Of a stretch of DNA of 32,000 nt, positions 30,184 to 32,000 are shown piece after piece. The stretch spans positions 1 through 32,000 of the forward strand of contig CAKOOR010000004.1 of the NCBI GenBank assembly GCA_934098505.1, given 5' to 3'. Positions within the stretch are counted from its first letter, which is position 1; every line of letters starts with the position of its first letter. This stretch comes from an uncultured Bacilli bacterium (GTDB lineage: Bacteria > Bacillota_I > Bacilli_A > RF39 > UBA660). Below the pieces are notes generated by a model that was not told the DNA's origin, did not search any database, and saw only the letters and a list, made by a program, of their open reading frames with translations. The position numbers and the translations under genes were made by a program.

Positions 30184-31938
30184 GTGTCAAAAAAAGAAAA
30201 AAACTTGACTATAACCGAAGAAGAAATAAAAAATAATCATATTGTTAAATCAACTAAATCTTATTTGATTGTCTTTAGTACTATGTTTTTATCAATATTT
30301 TTACTATTAATCGGTAGTCTTTTCCGTACTAATGTTACACCAGATTATCCAATTGTTTTTAAAGGAGCCGATAATCGTTTGATGGTAATAACCAGAAATA
30401 ACGATGTTAATGATATAACTGATATTGATGAAACCGATATAGTTTATGCTAATAGCGATATTCGTTATATTCTTTATACCGATAAGAATACTTTATATCT
30501 TCTAGATACAACCAGTACTGAAAATAAAAAAATATTAACTAATAAAGCTTCAAGTTATGGTTTTAGTAGTGATGATAAGTATGTTTATTATATTGAAAAC
30601 AATAAAGATTTATATATTTATAATCGCAAAACATCTTCTACTTATCTTGTCGATAGTAATGTTACAAAACTCTTAGATGTATCTTTAGATTATGTTATAT
30701 ATGAAAAAGATAATTCTTTGCTAGTAAAAAATATTGCTACGCAAACTATTGATACAGTTGCTAAATCTTATGAAGATATTATTCTAAGTAAAGATGGTAA
30801 GAAAATGCTTTATTCTAATTTAAATCAAGATGAATCTTTAAGCTATTATTTATATAACTTTAGCGATTTTAGCAATGATCGGGTTTTGTCTAACATTGAA
30901 GAACTTCTAAATTATAATCCTAATTTTACTAAATTTATTTATACTACGAAAACAACTGATACAATAAATATTTATAATTATATTAAAGATAGTAAAGCTA
31001 GTAGTGATAAAAAATTTGTTGCTTTAGATAAAAATAGTGCTACTAAAGAAGAATTAGAAGCTAATAAACGATTACAAGAAGAAATAAGTCTTCGTAATGA
31101 AATGCGTGATTACGCTAAGAATTATACTGTCAAAGCTTATGAGGTTTATTATCAAAATAACCAAACAAAAACGCTTTTGGCTAGTAGTGTTAATAAAGTA
31201 TATATTGATGATATAACTGATCGTAAAATCATTTATACGAAGATGAATTGGAATAGTAACTTTGATTTATCTAATTATACATCTTTAGAAGAATTTAAAA
31301 AGGATATTGAAACTAATAAAGAAAATGGTCTATATTACAAAATTACTGATAGCGAAGCCTCTTTAATTAAAGAAAATGTTAATGATACCTTAGCAGTCGA
31401 ATTACTAGGTAATGATGAAATTTACTTTAGTGAAGACAATAACCTATATTATAGTAAAATTACTAATCGTAAGGCTAGCGCCTACAAAGAAGTAGCATCC
31501 AATTTAGTAAATCCAATAAAGAATATGACCAGTGATATAGGCTTAATTTATTTAGTAAAAGAAAATGAGTCTTATATCTTAAAATATATAAGTAATGGTA
31601 AATCAGGCATCATAAATACTAATGTTTATCCTGAGTTTATTACAATATCCGAAACCGAAAATAGTATTTATTATTTAAAAGATTATGAAAATAATCAAGG
31701 AAAATTAATTATTTATAATGGAATTATCAATAGTAAGATTGCTGATGACGTTAACTCATTTATTTATATTAATGATGATTTAATGTATGCAACGAAAAAT
31801 TTTGATGAAAAAAGCAGTACATGCGATTTATATCGCTTAAATGGTAGTAAATTAAACTTAGTTTATAAGGGAGTTTCTAAATGGTATAACCCTATTGCCA
31901 AAGAAAATGCTGTTTTAGAAGAAGCCCTAACTAATTAG
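30184..31938 (+). CDS. Membrane-anchored repeat protein, beta-propeller-like (DUF5050/TolB-like repeats), function unknown
   Basis: The ORF track opens at TTG 30136. In-frame GTG 30184 is preferred because it lies 5 nt after the RBS AGAGGTGA. TM helix YLIVFSTMFLSIFLLLIGSLF. Recurrent YY/LY-containing strands (KYVYYIENNKDLYIYN, NNLYYSKI, SIYYLKDYENNQGKLIIYNG, DLYRLNG). Confidence 0.7.
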   Translation: MSKKEKNLTITEEEIKNNHIVKSTKSYLIVFSTMFLSIFLLLIGSLFRTNVTPDYPIVFKGADNRLMVITRNNDVNDITDIDETDIVYANSDIRYILYTDKNTLYLLDTTSTENKKILTNKASSYGFSSDDKYVYYIENNKDLYIYNRKTSSTYLVDSNVTKLLDVSLDYVIYEKDNSLLVKNIATQTIDTVAKSYEDIILSKDGKKMLYSNLNQDESLSYYLYNFSDFSNDRVLSNIEELLNYNPNFTKFIYTTKTTDTINIYNYIKDSKASSDKKFVALDKNSATKEELEANKRLQEEISLRNEMRDYAKNYTVKAYEVYYQNNQTKTLLASSVNKVYIDDITDRKIIYTKMNWNSNFDLSNYTSLEEFKKDIETNKENGLYYKITDSEASLIKENVNDTLAVELLGNDEIYFSEDNNLYYSKITNRKASAYKEVASNLVNPIKNMTSDIGLIYLVKENESYILKYISNGKSGIINTNVYPEFITISETENSIYYLKDYENNQGKLIIYNGIINSKIADDVNSFIYINDDLMYATKNFDEKSSTCDLYRLNGSKLNLVYKGVSKWYNPIAKENAVLEEALTN

Positions 31939-32000
31939 GACTTTTTTGTTTAAAAAATAAAAAAATGTTAATAATAAAAGAAAGAAGGAGAATAATTAAT

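Overview
AT-rich window with the standard genetic code, most likely from an anaerobic low-GC Bacillota (Erysipelotrichia/Clostridia-like). That assignment is inference from composition, a PFOR gene and Bacillus-like tRNAs. No rRNA genes or CRISPR arrays are present. From left to right: (1) a complete IS30-family IS at the window edge. (2) A cluster of four membrane-anchored surface-protein genes (1.3-7.8 kb). Two of them are tandem mosaic paralogs of ALK-type glycine-rich proteins, each preceded by a 228-bp segment bracketed by lox/dif-like core sites in inverted orientation (candidate invertible switches). A third has a 3' end that switches abruptly to GC-rich, NNC-codon-rich sequence resembling the variable region of a diversity-generating retroelement (DGR), with no template repeat or RT in the window. 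(3) Housekeeping pyruvate:ferredoxin oxidoreductase. (4) An AAA_14/DUF4143-type ATPase followed by a decayed duplicate of its own 5' end, which I read as a probable insertion junction. (5) A HipA-like kinase gene broken by one in-frame stop. (6) The most interesting locus, a tight four-gene cassette at 14.2-20.1 kb: sensor-domain MoxR-like AAA+ ATPase, catalytically dead mini-ATPase paralog, HExxH-metallopeptidase/vWA fusion, and a second sensor-domain ATPase. The ATPase core is about 93% identical between the two copies while the N-terminal domains have diverged. I interpret it as an uncharacterised NTP-dependent conflict/defence-type system. (7) XRE regulator and a membrane protein. (8) A MarR regulator, a heterodimeric ABC exporter with one degenerate ATP site, and a KsgA/Erm-family methyltransferase. 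(9) tRNA-Arg(ACG) and tRNA-Pro(UGG). (10) A small accessory islet after the tRNAs: a triple-lesion small-alarmone-synthetase pseudogene, a solitary MvaI/BcnI/MutH-like PD-(D/E)xK nuclease and a dGTPase-like HD hydrolase. (11) A membrane-anchored repeat protein. All family assignments come from motifs read by eye in the supplied translations. No database search was run.
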